64,000 nt of DNA from an uncultured Candidatus Saccharibacteria bacterium (GCA_964456475.1 CAYVZI010000001.1:11762-75761); one strand, 5' to 3'. Counted from the first letter of the stretch, positions 38,127 through 48,062 are shown. The notes: generated by a model not told the origin, from the sequence alone. Program-made: numbers and translations.

Positions 38127-39524
38127 ATGTCCAAAGAAAAAGCACTTCGTGTTCCTCCTCAAAGTCTCGACTCCGAAAAAGCCGTTCTCGGCTCTATCAT
38201 GCTCCGACCCGGATCCCTCATCGAACTTGCGGACAAGATTTCTCCCGACGCGTTCTACGCCGACAAACACAAGAAAATTTACGAGGTCATGCTCGATCTA
38301 TCGATACACAACGAACCGATCGACCTCATTTCCCTTTCGCACAAACTGAAAGAAAAGAAACTCCTTGATGCAATCGGTGGCTCACGATATCTCACCGAAC
38401 TCACCCATTCCGTTCCCTCATCTACGAACGCTGAATATTACGCCGACATTGTCGAACAAAAGTACATCTATCGTCGACTCATCGAAGCAGCCAACAAACT
38501 CTCCGATCTTGGTTACGATTCTGGCGAAACAACACTCGAAGACGTACTCGATACAGCAGAAAAAGAAATTTTTGCGATTTCAGACAGCCCTAAGCGTGGA
38601 AAATATCTGACACTCGGCAATCAACTTGAAGAGGCTTGGACACGTCTTGAGCGGCTTCACGAAAACAAAGGTGAACTTCGCGGTGTGCCAACAGGATACA
38701 AAGAGCTCGACAATCTTCTTTCCGGATTCCAAAATTCCGACCTCATCATTCTTGCCGCTCGTCCATCCGTCGGTAAAACTACACTTGCACTTGATTTTGC
38801 ACGTCTTGCTGCAACAAAGCACAACATCGGCGTTGGTATCTTCTCGCTCGAAATGAGTTCACAGCAGCTCGTCGACCGTATGCTTGCGGCCGAATCTCGC
38901 GTTTCCGCATGGCAACTCCGCACCGGTGGACTTTCGACCGGCGGTCAGGATTTTATGCATCTTCGCGATGCGCTTGATCGTCTTTCAAAAGCTCCAATAT
39001 ACATCGATGACCAACCATCAAGTAGCATCGTCCACATTCGCTCTGTCGCACGTCGCATGAAAGCAGAACACGGTATCGGCATGATTATGATTGACTACCT
39101 CCAACTCATGTCAACATCAAAAAACTATGATTCCATGGTCAACCAAGTCACCGAAATCTCTCGTTCCCTCAAAGCTCTCGCTCGTGAGCTCGATGTGCCT
39201 GTTATAGCGCTCTCACAGCTCTCTCGTGCCGTTGAACAGCGTGGAGGTGAACCTCGCCTCTCCGACCTTCGTGACTCTGGATCCATCGAACAGGATGCCG
39301 ACGTGGTAATGTTCATTCACCGCGAAGATAGATTCAACAAGGATTCCGACCGCACCAATATTGCCAAGATTTTGATTGAAAAACACCGTAACGGTCCGAC
39401 AGGTCATGTAGAGCTATTCATGGACGAAAAGACCACAAGCTTCCTCTCTATCGAAAAAGGCAACATGGATGCATTTACCGCCGCCTCTTCGGGCGGCGGA
39501 GGAATGACCGACGTCGACTTTTAA
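38127..39524 (+). CDS. dnaB: replicative DNA helicase
   Basis: PPQS.D.E.AVLG, AARPSVGKT, IDYLQL, LSQLSR, DLRDSGSIEQDAD, KHRNGPTG. Confidence 0.97.
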   Translation: MSKEKALRVPPQSLDSEKAVLGSIMLRPGSLIELADKISPDAFYADKHKKIYEVMLDLSIHNEPIDLISLSHKLKEKKLLDAIGGSRYLTELTHSVPSSTNAEYYADIVEQKYIYRRLIEAANKLSDLGYDSGETTLEDVLDTAEKEIFAISDSPKRGKYLTLGNQLEEAWTRLERLHENKGELRGVPTGYKELDNLLSGFQNSDLIILAARPSVGKTTLALDFARLAATKHNIGVGIFSLEMSSQQLVDRMLAAESRVSAWQLRTGGLSTGGQDFMHLRDALDRLSKAPIYIDDQPSSSIVHIRSVARRMKAEHGIGMIMIDYLQLMSTSKNYDSMVNQVTEISRSLKALARELDVPVIALSQLSRAVEQRGGEPRLSDLRDSGSIEQDADVVMFIHREDRFNKDSDRTNIAKILIEKHRNGPTGHVELFMDEKTTSFLSIEKGNMDAFTAASSGGGGMTDVDF

Positions 39525-39526
39525 AT

Positions 39527-39606
39527 TTCAGGGTTTAGGTGCTAGGGTTTAGGGGTTAGCAATTCGCACTCACTATACCCTAAACGCTATACCCTATACC
39601 CTAGCT
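39527..39606. repeat. inverted pair of 7-mer arrays filling the dnaB-recR spacer
   Basis: TTCAGGG TTTAGGT GCTAGGG TTTAGGG GTTAGCA ... CTATACC CTAAACG CTATACC CTATACC CTAGCT. Confidence 0.85.
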
Positions 39607-40227
39607 ATGGATTTACTCAAACGCCTTCAACAATCATTCAAACGATTTCCCGGAATTGGTGAACGCCAAGCGATGCGCTTTGCCTATTTCTTGGCGACTG
39701 CCGACGATGCCTATGTACGCAATCTGACGGAAGAAATTCTAGCGCTCCGTAAAAACGTCCGTCGTTGCGCGAGATGCTTCGCCTTGTCCGAAAAAATACT
39801 TGAAGGGCTCTGTCCAGTCTGTGCCGATCCGGCAAAAGACAAATCAATGATTCTCATTGTTGAAAAAGACGCTGACCGAGATCGCTTCATTCAATCTCGC
39901 ACATATTCCGGAACATATTTTGTGCTTGGTGGACTTGCACCTGCAATTGAAAAAGACGCGAATCAGCACATTCGCCTCGACGAACTCGCAAAACTTGTCG
40001 AAAAAGAGTCTGCCGTGAATCTTAAAGAAGTAATCCTCGCTCTTTCTGCAACGCCCGATGGAGATCGCACCGAAGCGCTCATCCTCGCTCGACTTGAAAC
40101 CGTCGCAAAAGACAAAAACATTTCTCTCTCCATGCTCGGCAAAGGACTCTCAACCGGAACAGAAATTGAATACTCTGATGCAGAAACACTATCTTCGGCC
40201 CTAAAATCGAGAACTCATACAAATTAA
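39607..40227 (+). CDS. recR: recombination mediator RecR
   Basis: HhH (FPGIGERQA.R), C4 zinc finger, TOPRIM, EIEYSD..TL. Confidence 0.93.
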   Translation: MDLLKRLQQSFKRFPGIGERQAMRFAYFLATADDAYVRNLTEEILALRKNVRRCARCFALSEKILEGLCPVCADPAKDKSMILIVEKDADRDRFIQSRTYSGTYFVLGGLAPAIEKDANQHIRLDELAKLVEKESAVNLKEVILALSATPDGDRTEALILARLETVAKDKNISLSMLGKGLSTGTEIEYSDAETLSSALKSRTHTN

Positions 40228-40264
40228 AAAGAGGATATCCATAATGGATATCCTCTTTGAACTA

Positions 40265-40789
40265 CTATTTCATGTACATTGCAAAAATTGTTCGCCATAC
40301 GTTTTTGTCATTTGCCCTTTCTGCAATATTCTTAGCTTGCAGGCTAGTAAAATTACATTTTGCAAAAATCATTTTTGTAATCTCTTCTACATCAACGGCA
40401 AACATTTCTTTAATAAAATCACTGCTTAAAAGTTGGGCAACAAGGGTTTCAATCGTTGTGCTTCGTAATGATGACGAGTCATCATGTATTTTTCCATCAA
40501 AAGTTTCAATCTCCCGGTAGTAAGTTGCGTTGTCGCCACTTTTACTAAATGGCTTGCCCAACCTTTTTACTTTTTGCCTGTTGTAGTCATAAGTCAGCTT
40601 GTCTGGTTCAATCAAAGTAATAAGGTAAAAAATCGCTTCCTTATCCTCATTGTCTAATTTAACCAAAGGCAAGTTGTTTTTCTTTGAGTACAAAGTATCG
40701 TACTCCATAATGCTTCTAACGGCATTTATTATATCGTTGTTGTTTTGCTCTTCCTTATTTGCAAGGATAGCAAATAATCCTGTATTCAT
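40265..40789 (-). CDS. hypothetical protein (orphan)
   Basis: 174-aa ORF; TTGACA-17-TAGTAT 40831-40859; terminator 40229-40257. Confidence 0.65.
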   Translation of the reverse strand: MNTGLFAILANKEEQNNNDIINAVRSIMEYDTLYSKKNNLPLVKLDNEDKEAIFYLITLIEPDKLTYDYNRQKVKRLGKPFSKSGDNATYYREIETFDGKIHDDSSSLRSTTIETLVAQLLSSDFIKEMFAVDVEEITKMIFAKCNFTSLQAKNIAERANDKNVWRTIFAMYMK

Positions 40790-40865
40790 TGGCTATTTTT
40801 TTATGTTTTAAATGAAGTTTTACATTATATATACTATCATAGATTGATATATATGTCAATAGCCC

Positions 40866-40888
40866 TGGATCCTGGATCGAGTCCGGGG
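40866..40888 (-). repeat. truncated REP-like palindrome
   Basis: reverse complement CCCCGGACTCGATCCAGGATCCA. Confidence 0.6.
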
Positions 40889-40925
40889 CTTGTGCATAAA
40901 ATAAAACATCCCCAAAGGGGATGTT

Positions 40926-41246
40926 TTATTTTATAGCCGAGATTTTGACTTCTGAGTAACCTTGGCGGTGGCCGTTCCGCTTGATGTATTTACTCTTAGC
41001 CTTGTATTTCATGACGAGGAGCTTCTTTGCGCGTCCTGCAGTCTGGAATATTGCCTCTACTGTCGCGCCTTTGATTGTCGGAGTTCCGATAGTTGTGTCT
41101 TTGCCGTTATCAACAAGCAAGACCTGGTCAAACACGACCTTGTCCCCTTTTGTAAGTTCACCTGGAAGAGTCTCAACGCGAATCACGTCACCAACGGTAA
41201 CGGGATACTGTTTGCCCCCTGTTGCGATAATTGCGAATTCAGTCAT
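40926..41246 (-). CDS. rplU: 50S ribosomal protein bL21
   Basis: AII.TGGKQY.V..GD, IGTP, GHRQ. Confidence 0.96.
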   Translation of the reverse strand: MTEFAIIATGGKQYPVTVGDVIRVETLPGELTKGDKVVFDQVLLVDNGKDTTIGTPTIKGATVEAIFQTAGRAKKLLVMKYKAKSKYIKRNGHRQGYSEVKISAIK

Positions 41247-41281
41247 ATGTAGAACTATACTAGCCTATAATTGGCGTATAG

Positions 41282-41316
41282 TCAAATCCCAATGTCCAAA
41301 TCTCAATTACCAAATA
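41282..41316. repeat. 7-mer array next to the NRAMP stop codon
   Basis: TCAAATC CCAATGT CCAAATC TCAATTA CCAAATA. Confidence 0.7.
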
Positions 41317-41317
41317 A

Positions 41318-42670
41318 TTACCCTATAAACGAGTACAAAAGTGCCAAGGCAAATACCGCCATAACCCCAAAAGCTGTCCAGAGGCCCAGTTTTGAGGCAA
41401 TACCACTCTTGTGTTCACCCAAGACACCCTCTTGGCTCGAGATACGCGCAATCAGAAAAATAAGAGGTACGGCAGCAATACCGTTGAATACAGCAGTAAA
41501 CACAAGTGCTTTGATTGGATCAAAACCTACAAAGTTGAAAATGAGTCCAACGAGCGTTCCAAAAATAATGACGAAATAAAAGTTCTTTGACTGCTTGAAT
41601 TTGTTATACAAACCTTCCTTCCAACTGAATGTCTCCGCCACTGCATATCCAGAGCTTCCCGCAAGAACAGGAATACTTTGCAAGCCGATGCCAATAATAC
41701 CGATTGAAAAAATTATTTTTGCGATAAGCCCAGAATTCGGAAAAGTCTGCACAAGCGGTTCGAGAGCATGCGCCGCATCCGCAGCTGAATTGATATTTGT
41801 AATACCTGCCCTGTTCAATACCACAGCTCCAACCACAATCATGAACCACGCCATAAAGTTTGAAAAAAACATACCAAGTGCATTGTCAGTGCGAAGTCGT
41901 CGCAAGTATGATTTTGTAACTTTTGGAGTTCCGCCATTCTCACCGAGTCGCCCCTCGGCAATCTCATCTTCGACAACATTACTCGTCTGCCAGAAAAAAA
42001 GATACGGAGAAATCGTCGTACCAAAAATTGCAACGATAATGTATAAATATTCTCTACTCCAGACAATATGTGGTGAAAATGTGGCTTGAAGAACCTCACG
42101 CCATGGTACGTCCACAAGAAAAGCTGTGGCCATATAAGCAAACAACGAAACGGCAAGCCATTTCAAAATGCGAATATAATTGCGATACGGTACAAAAACC
42201 TGGAGTACGATAATGATGATTGCATAGAAAATAGCAAGTAATTCAAACGGAATATTTGGAAATAGAAGCTGAGTACTTGCAGACATAGCCCCAAGATTGG
42301 AGCCAATATTGAGCGTGTTTGCACATACAACAAGAAGTACAACTGCATACAAAATCTTTCTTGAGTACTGTTCACGGATAACCTGCGCCAAGCCTTTGCC
42401 GGTCACCGCCCCGATACGCATACATGCTTCTTGTACTGCAGTCATTAGTGGCAGAGTAAAAACCATCGTCCATGGCATCTGAAAACCGAATTGTGCGCCT
42501 GCTTGGGAATAGGTTGCGATTCCTGATGGATCGTCATCAGCAGCACCAGTAACGATTCCCGGACCAAAAATTTTTAAAAAACGTCCAATTTTTTTGAGAG
42601 GCTTACTTTTCGTTATATCACCCTGTTGTTCCCTTTTTTGCTCTAACACTTTATTAGTATCGTTCTGCAT
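41318..42670 (-). CDS. NRAMP-related divalent metal transporter
   Basis: GPGIVTGAADDDPSGIATYSQAGA, GTTISPYLFFWQ; start MQND 42670 (upstream extension is repeat-derived). Confidence 0.92.
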   Translation of the reverse strand: MQNDTNKVLEQKREQQGDITKSKPLKKIGRFLKIFGPGIVTGAADDDPSGIATYSQAGAQFGFQMPWTMVFTLPLMTAVQEACMRIGAVTGKGLAQVIREQYSRKILYAVVLLVVCANTLNIGSNLGAMSASTQLLFPNIPFELLAIFYAIIIIVLQVFVPYRNYIRILKWLAVSLFAYMATAFLVDVPWREVLQATFSPHIVWSREYLYIIVAIFGTTISPYLFFWQTSNVVEDEIAEGRLGENGGTPKVTKSYLRRLRTDNALGMFFSNFMAWFMIVVGAVVLNRAGITNINSAADAAHALEPLVQTFPNSGLIAKIIFSIGIIGIGLQSIPVLAGSSGYAVAETFSWKEGLYNKFKQSKNFYFVIIFGTLVGLIFNFVGFDPIKALVFTAVFNGIAAVPLIFLIARISSQEGVLGEHKSGIASKLGLWTAFGVMAVFALALLYSFIG

Positions 42671-42680
42671 ATATGAAGAT

Positions 42681-42762
42681 AGTATACAGTATTTAGTATA
42701 CGGTATACAGTATTTCACAGTTTTATACTGTATACAAAATACAACATACTGTATACTGTATC
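42681..42762. repeat. inverted pair of 7-mer arrays containing TATACT -10 boxes
   Basis: AGTATAC AGTATTT AGTATAC GGTATAC AGTATTT ... ATACTGT ATACAAA ATACAAC ATACTGT ATACTGT. Confidence 0.82.
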
Positions 42763-42763
42763 C

Positions 42764-43675
42764 ATGATTTCACGTTACGCACATCAAGGGCTTACTTGGA
42801 TCGACCTCGAATCACCAACCCGTGATGAGGTTTCCGTTCTTTCAGAAGAATTTGAACTGCATCCGATCATTTCGAGTGAATTACTTGAAACATCTGAACG
42901 CGCAAAAGTGGATTTGTATGAGAATGCAATATATCTCATTCTGCATTTTCCAATTCGCAACCGCACTACAGGACATATCCAGGAGACAGAGATCGACTTT
43001 GTGCTTCTCAAAAATACTCTTATTACCACACACTACGAGCTTGTTGACCCACTTCACGATTTCGCCCGATTATTTGAAGTAGACAGCTTCTTGAGTAGCT
43101 CAAAACTCACTGAACACACCGGGTTCCTATTCTTTACTCAAATCCGCGAATTATATAAGCACACACTCTTTCTAGTTGAAGGATTGACTCACGATATTCG
43201 CGAGATTGAAAAGCAAATCTTCGCAGGTAAAGAAAGCGAGATGGTGATGGAAATATCAAAAGCCAATCGAGAAATAATAGATATCAAACAAGCACTTCGC
43301 GCTCACAAAGAAACGCTAAAATCCTTTGCAGACACATGCATCAAGATATATGGCCAAGATTTTTCTTACTATATCAATATGATTGAAGGTGAATATGCTC
43401 GTATCGAACAGATACTTTCGGAAAATCGCGATATGATTCACGATCTTCGTCGCACAAACGACTCCTTGCTTTCAGTCAAGACAAACAATACCCTTCGCTG
43501 GCTTGCGGCTGTCAACGTAGTACTTATGCCAATCGGTATTATTGCTTGGATTTTTGCTATGCAATCTCGATTCCTCTATCTAGATGAACCACATCAGCTT
43601 CTAACCGCTTTTGGTATAATGATTGCAATACCAGTCATTTTGATTATCTATTTCCGCCGAAAAAAGTGGCTCTAG
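42764..43675 (+). CDS. CorA-family divalent cation transporter
   Basis: WIDLESPT, LHP, C-terminal two TMs with FAMQ in place of GMN, YFRRKKWL. Confidence 0.85.
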   Translation: MISRYAHQGLTWIDLESPTRDEVSVLSEEFELHPIISSELLETSERAKVDLYENAIYLILHFPIRNRTTGHIQETEIDFVLLKNTLITTHYELVDPLHDFARLFEVDSFLSSSKLTEHTGFLFFTQIRELYKHTLFLVEGLTHDIREIEKQIFAGKESEMVMEISKANREIIDIKQALRAHKETLKSFADTCIKIYGQDFSYYINMIEGEYARIEQILSENRDMIHDLRRTNDSLLSVKTNNTLRWLAAVNVVLMPIGIIAWIFAMQSRFLYLDEPHQLLTAFGIMIAIPVILIIYFRRKKWL

Positions 43676-43683
43676 TGAGCCTG

Positions 43684-43710
43684 GTCATCCTGAACTTGTT
43701 TCAGAATCCA
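43684..43710 (+). repeat. REP-like palindrome
   Basis: GTCATCCTGAACTTGTTTCAGAATCCA. Confidence 0.75.
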
Positions 43711-43730
43711 AATTCCTGTAATTTACAGTT

Positions 43731-45089
43731 ATGTCATTGCAATTCCACAACACCCTCACCAAGAAAGTTGAACCCTTTGTTCCACTAAACCCTGACAGTA
43801 CAAGTGTCAGTCTCTATACCTGTGGGCCGACCGTCTACAACTACGCACACATCGGCAATTTCCGTGCGTATCTTTTTGGCGATGTGCTAAAACGCGCCCT
43901 TCGGTATTGCGGGTATGATGTGCACCATGTGATGAATATCACCGATATCGACGACAAAACAATTCGCGATTCTCAAATAGAAAAGAAATCCCTCAAGGAA
44001 TTCACTGAATTCTATACAGAGGCGTTTTTTGCAGACCGCGACGCGCTCAATATCATTCCAGCCAGAGAATATCCGCGTGCAACAGAGTACGTAGCCGAAA
44101 TGATAGCAATGATAGAGAAGCTTATCGCAACTGGTCATGCATACAAAGAAGAAGACGGTAGTGTGTATTTCAAAATTGATTCATTCCCAAATTACGGAAC
44201 ACTTTCACACATTGATCTATCGTCTCTCAAAGAGAACGCAAGCGGACGAATCAAAAAAGATGAGTACGAAAAGGATAACTTGCAGGATTTCGCACTCTGG
44301 AAAGCTTGGGACAGTGCCGACGGCGAAGTATTTTGGGATTCACCATTTGGCAAAGGACGTCCTGGTTGGCACCTAGAATGTTCGGCAATGAGCACGAATC
44401 TGCTTGGTGCCAGTATCGATATTCATACCGGAGGAGTAGACAACATTTTTCCCCATCACGAGAATGAAATTGCCCAATCAGAATGCGCGACCGGTGCCCA
44501 CTTTGTGAACTATTGGATGCATAACGAATGGGTCATGGTGGAAGGCAAAAAGATGTCCAAATCTGCCGGCAATTTTACAACACTTCGCACAATCACTGAG
44601 CGAAGCATCAATCCCCTTGCCTTTCGTCTACTCACGCTCATGACTCATTATCGAAGCCCGCTCAATTTCACTTGGGAGGCTCTAGGAGGCGCCGAGACAG
44701 CATTAAAAAGGCTCTACAGCCAGTTTCTCGCATTCGAGCATGGTGGTATTGTAAACGACCAATATAAAGCTAAATTCACTAGCTGTATTGAAGACGACCT
44801 CAATACACCGCTTGCAGTTGCAACGATGTGGGACTTGCTAAAGGATGAAGATATTCCATCAGTAGACAAACGAAAAACACTTTTAGATTTTGATCAAATA
44901 CTTGGCCTTGGATTATCTACCGTAAAGCAAGAGCATATTCCAGAAGAAATTCGTGCATTAGCGAATGCCCGAGAACAAGCGCGTCAAGAAAAAGATTGGT
45001 CTCGCTCCGACGAACTCCGTATAGAAATCGAATCTCAGGGTTATTATGTAAAAGATACAGACAAAGGGCCTGTAGTTGTGAAAAAATAA
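43731..45089 (+). CDS. cysS: cysteine--tRNA ligase
   Basis: CGPTVY..AHIGN, GRPGWHLECSAM, FPHHENE, KMSKS. Confidence 0.96.
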   Translation: MSLQFHNTLTKKVEPFVPLNPDSTSVSLYTCGPTVYNYAHIGNFRAYLFGDVLKRALRYCGYDVHHVMNITDIDDKTIRDSQIEKKSLKEFTEFYTEAFFADRDALNIIPAREYPRATEYVAEMIAMIEKLIATGHAYKEEDGSVYFKIDSFPNYGTLSHIDLSSLKENASGRIKKDEYEKDNLQDFALWKAWDSADGEVFWDSPFGKGRPGWHLECSAMSTNLLGASIDIHTGGVDNIFPHHENEIAQSECATGAHFVNYWMHNEWVMVEGKKMSKSAGNFTTLRTITERSINPLAFRLLTLMTHYRSPLNFTWEALGGAETALKRLYSQFLAFEHGGIVNDQYKAKFTSCIEDDLNTPLAVATMWDLLKDEDIPSVDKRKTLLDFDQILGLGLSTVKQEHIPEEIRALANAREQARQEKDWSRSDELRIEIESQGYYVKDTDKGPVVVKK

Positions 45090-45113
45090 CGTGTATATCA
45101 CTTAAGTCTACGC

Positions 45114-45151
45114 AAAAATCGTTTACTACAAATTTGTAGTAAACGATTTTT
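45114..45151. terminator. bidirectional terminator
   Basis: AAAAATCGTTTACTACAAATTTGTAGTAAACGATTTTT palindrome. Confidence 0.8.
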
Positions 45152-45164
45152 AATAGACTATCAC

Positions 45165-46868
45165 CTATACTGCTTTGAGTTCGATAGAGAAAGTTGAGCC
45201 CAACCCCACCCCAGGTGAGTCGATCATAATATGACCGCCATGAGCTTCAGCGATTTGTTTTGCAAGATAGAGTCCAAGACCAGAACCTCCGGTGTTTGTC
45301 TTCCCTCCTGCTCCACGAGAAAACTTTTGGAATAATTTTTCTTTTTCTTCAGCAGAAATTCCCATTCCAGTGTCAGTGACTGCAAGTCGAATCATTCCAG
45401 TATCAGGAATCTTCGAAAGCGAGACGGTAATTGATCCTTTTTCTGTGTACTTGATCGCATTGTCGATAATGTTGAGCATTACCTGGCGAAGTTTTTCCAT
45501 GTCACCATGTATCGTATATGGAGCTTTATTGTCTGTAGTAAATGCAAGTTTCAACCCTTTCTTTTCTGCGGTAATGGAGAGATCTGTTGCGAGGTCTTTT
45601 GCAGCTTTTTCCATATCAAACGGTGCCATCTCGTATTTCATTCCTCCAGCCTCAATCTTAGAAACGTTCAACAAATCCTCGACAACCTTAGAAAGATGAG
45701 TACTTGACTCAAACACACGATTGATAGCATCTTTTTGTTTGTCTTCGAACGTTCCATACGAACCGTCAAGAAGCATTGAAGTGTATCCACGAATTGCAGT
45801 AAGCGGACTGCGAAGCTGATGAGCTGCCAGAGAAAGGAATTCCGTTTTGAGTTTATCCAAATCCTTGAGCTTGTCGTTAGCAACTTCGAGTTTAAGATTT
45901 GATTCTTCGAGTTTGAGTCGGAGCTGTTCTAGTCGCTGTCTTTGTTCAACCTCTTTTTTAACACTTTTAATGAGAAAAACACCTGCAATAATTGCACCTA
46001 TGAAAGTAACTGAATTTAAAAAGTAATTAAAAGAATTTCGAATGAAAAAATATTGTGCTCCAACCAATACGACTATTGACCAAACCAAGGCCTGACTTGC
46101 TAGTAGCTTGATATCGAAAGCTTTGAATTTAACAATCACGTACGCCAGAAAGGCAACAAAGATTGGCATACTAAACAGTCCATATTGCTCAAGGCTATAG
46201 TTACCATTTGTAATATATCCATTGTCTAGAAGATACGACACTCCTACAACAGCGACGAAAAATATTATCAAGAAGAATTCAATCCCCAACGTAAGTAACA
46301 CAAGAGGTTTCCTTGCCTCGCTAGATATAGATTTGTACTTGAATGCTACGTATATAATAGTGAGTACTACAGTAATCAGACTAAATAAATAATAATAAGT
46401 TGTATATAAATTATTTTCGAGAGCTGCGCAATCAGGGGCACTAAAACCTGATAGATTGAAAATTGTTGGTGTCAGGATAAGAATCGGCAAGACAGCCAAC
46501 AGGCCTATCACTTTTCTTCTTACGTGAATATCCTTACCATTATTAATAAAAACGGCGATAAAATAGAAAGAAAATAGATAAATGCAGGTTTGAACAATAC
46601 CAAAGAAAGACCAAGCAAACATGACGATAGTACTGTTGTCATAACGAATCCAAGCGACAAGATCCAACGCTGACCAGACAGCAAAAGATAGTGTAATAAT
46701 GAACAAAATTCTACTCAATAGACTACCTCGATTTTCATATAAAACAAAAAAACCGATCAATAGGGCTACCACCGCCGTTGGAATATGTGAATAATAAAGC
46801 AATTGTGATGCCTGATCTACAATCTCCTTACAAAGGGCTAAATTGGAAGCTGTGTTATAAGTAAACAT
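45165..46868 (-). CDS. membrane sensor histidine kinase (7TM-type N-terminus)
   Basis: multiple TMs, AAHQLRSPL H-box, N/G1/F/G2 boxes. Confidence 0.93.
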   Translation of the reverse strand: MFTYNTASNLALCKEIVDQASQLLYYSHIPTAVVALLIGFFVLYENRGSLLSRILFIITLSFAVWSALDLVAWIRYDNSTIVMFAWSFFGIVQTCIYLFSFYFIAVFINNGKDIHVRRKVIGLLAVLPILILTPTIFNLSGFSAPDCAALENNLYTTYYYLFSLITVVLTIIYVAFKYKSISSEARKPLVLLTLGIEFFLIIFFVAVVGVSYLLDNGYITNGNYSLEQYGLFSMPIFVAFLAYVIVKFKAFDIKLLASQALVWSIVVLVGAQYFFIRNSFNYFLNSVTFIGAIIAGVFLIKSVKKEVEQRQRLEQLRLKLEESNLKLEVANDKLKDLDKLKTEFLSLAAHQLRSPLTAIRGYTSMLLDGSYGTFEDKQKDAINRVFESSTHLSKVVEDLLNVSKIEAGGMKYEMAPFDMEKAAKDLATDLSITAEKKGLKLAFTTDNKAPYTIHGDMEKLRQVMLNIIDNAIKYTEKGSITVSLSKIPDTGMIRLAVTDTGMGISAEEKEKLFQKFSRGAGGKTNTGGSGLGLYLAKQIAEAHGGHIMIDSPGVGLGSTFSIELKAV

Positions 46869-46873
46869 ATAAT

Positions 46874-47272
46874 TTATTCAGCACACTGTTCATTATTTAA
46901 AATCGTCCCTGAATCACAATCTCGGTATGAACACTTTTCCTCACCTGGAATACAACTTAATTCAGGAAAGCATCCTAGCTTCTCTGTAGATTCCTGGCAA
47001 AAAGCGATCGAGGACGCCATTTTTGAAATCTCTTTATAAAAAACTATCTGCTCATCAGGATTAGTTGAACATGTTGGATCTGATACTGGATCACATGAGT
47101 AGACAAAACATTTTTCATTCGCTGGATCACAGGTTACGTAATCTGTAATAAGATAATTTTTCAGTACCACAATCTGATAGTACGTAAAAAAAACAACTCC
47201 TAATACGAGAAGAATGACGAAAGCAAAAAATATTTTATTCTTCATGTCTGGCTTTGTCTCCGTGGTTTCCAT
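46874..47272 (-). CDS. Cys-rich membrane-anchored protein
   Basis: N-terminal TM plus 10 Cys; 5-nt gap to the kinase. Confidence 0.7.
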   Translation of the reverse strand: METTETKPDMKNKIFFAFVILLVLGVVFFTYYQIVVLKNYLITDYVTCDPANEKCFVYSCDPVSDPTCSTNPDEQIVFYKEISKMASSIAFCQESTEKLGCFPELSCIPGEEKCSYRDCDSGTILNNEQCAE

Positions 47273-47279
47273 AATGTGA

Positions 47280-48062
47280 TTATATCATCTTTTTTCTAAT
47301 ATCATGCTGTTGATTATGATCGTGGCTATACCAAAATGGATCTTTTTCGTGTTCAATTGGCAAGAGTGGAAAAATAAGTGGCTTTACTCCAAAAATTTCG
47401 GTTGCTTTTCTAAAACTTGGGAGAATTTTTTCAAAAAAAAATCCTCTCTCAGATTCATCATTGAGCATAAAATTTTCAAAAAGCACTCCGTCACAAATAA
47501 AAAGAGACATGAAATAGAGATAGTAATATTCCGTGATATCACGAGTTGTATTAAACCAATCAGTAATATCAACAATATTTTTACTTGCACCCGGATAGAC
47601 AGATGCAAGAAGCTCTCTATGAGTCTCAATAAGGGAATCGCCCCAAATAGTTTTTATGTCGGATAAAGGTTTACCTTCCCAAATGTTGAAATCAACCACT
47701 CGGCAAGTGTCTTTGGTATCGTCAAACATAGTTGCTTTTTCTTTTGAAAATAACAATTTGCAAAGGAAGTATTTATTTTTATTTTTATTTACAAATTTTC
47801 CGGCAGGATATTCAAGGAGTAAGGGTTCCATATTTAGAGAAGAAACTAAGTCCATAAAATATTGCATTTCACGATTTGGAGTTATAATTTCTCTATTAAA
47901 GATTGCTCTTGGTCTTTCAAATGAATGAGGGAACGGATGTTCCTTCCAAAACAACCTAACGCGTTCAACCAGAGCGTGGTCATTCGACCTTCGCTCTATT
48001 TCTTTTTCTAGCTGGGAAAACGGTGTGTAAATTTCCTCAAGGATATCTTGATCTTCACTCAT
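47280..48062 (-). CDS. hypothetical cytoplasmic protein, first gene of the kinase operon
   Basis: 260-aa ORF; 7-nt gap to the next gene. Confidence 0.7.
   Translation of the reverse strand: MSEDQDILEEIYTPFSQLEKEIERRSNDHALVERVRLFWKEHPFPHSFERPRAIFNREIITPNREMQYFMDLVSSLNMEPLLLEYPAGKFVNKNKNKYFLCKLLFSKEKATMFDDTKDTCRVVDFNIWEGKPLSDIKTIWGDSLIETHRELLASVYPGASKNIVDITDWFNTTRDITEYYYLYFMSLFICDGVLFENFMLNDESERGFFFEKILPSFRKATEIFGVKPLIFPLLPIEHEKDPFWYSHDHNQQHDIRKKMI

Noticed and set aside
39527-39561. TTTAGGG units resembling plant telomere repeats (also 55917-55951)
   Set aside because: Degenerate, only about 5 units, embedded between intact bacterial genes and part of a wider heptamer family; not contamination or a telomere.
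2883-41246. rpmA and rplU unlinked
   Set aside because: A real observation, but operon fragmentation is common in reduced genomes and implies no new system.
42671-42718. N-terminal extensions of NRAMP, LexA, GIY-YIG and the 49833 ORF
   Set aside because: The extensions are translations of repeats or of an overlapping gene; downstream ATGs fit better.
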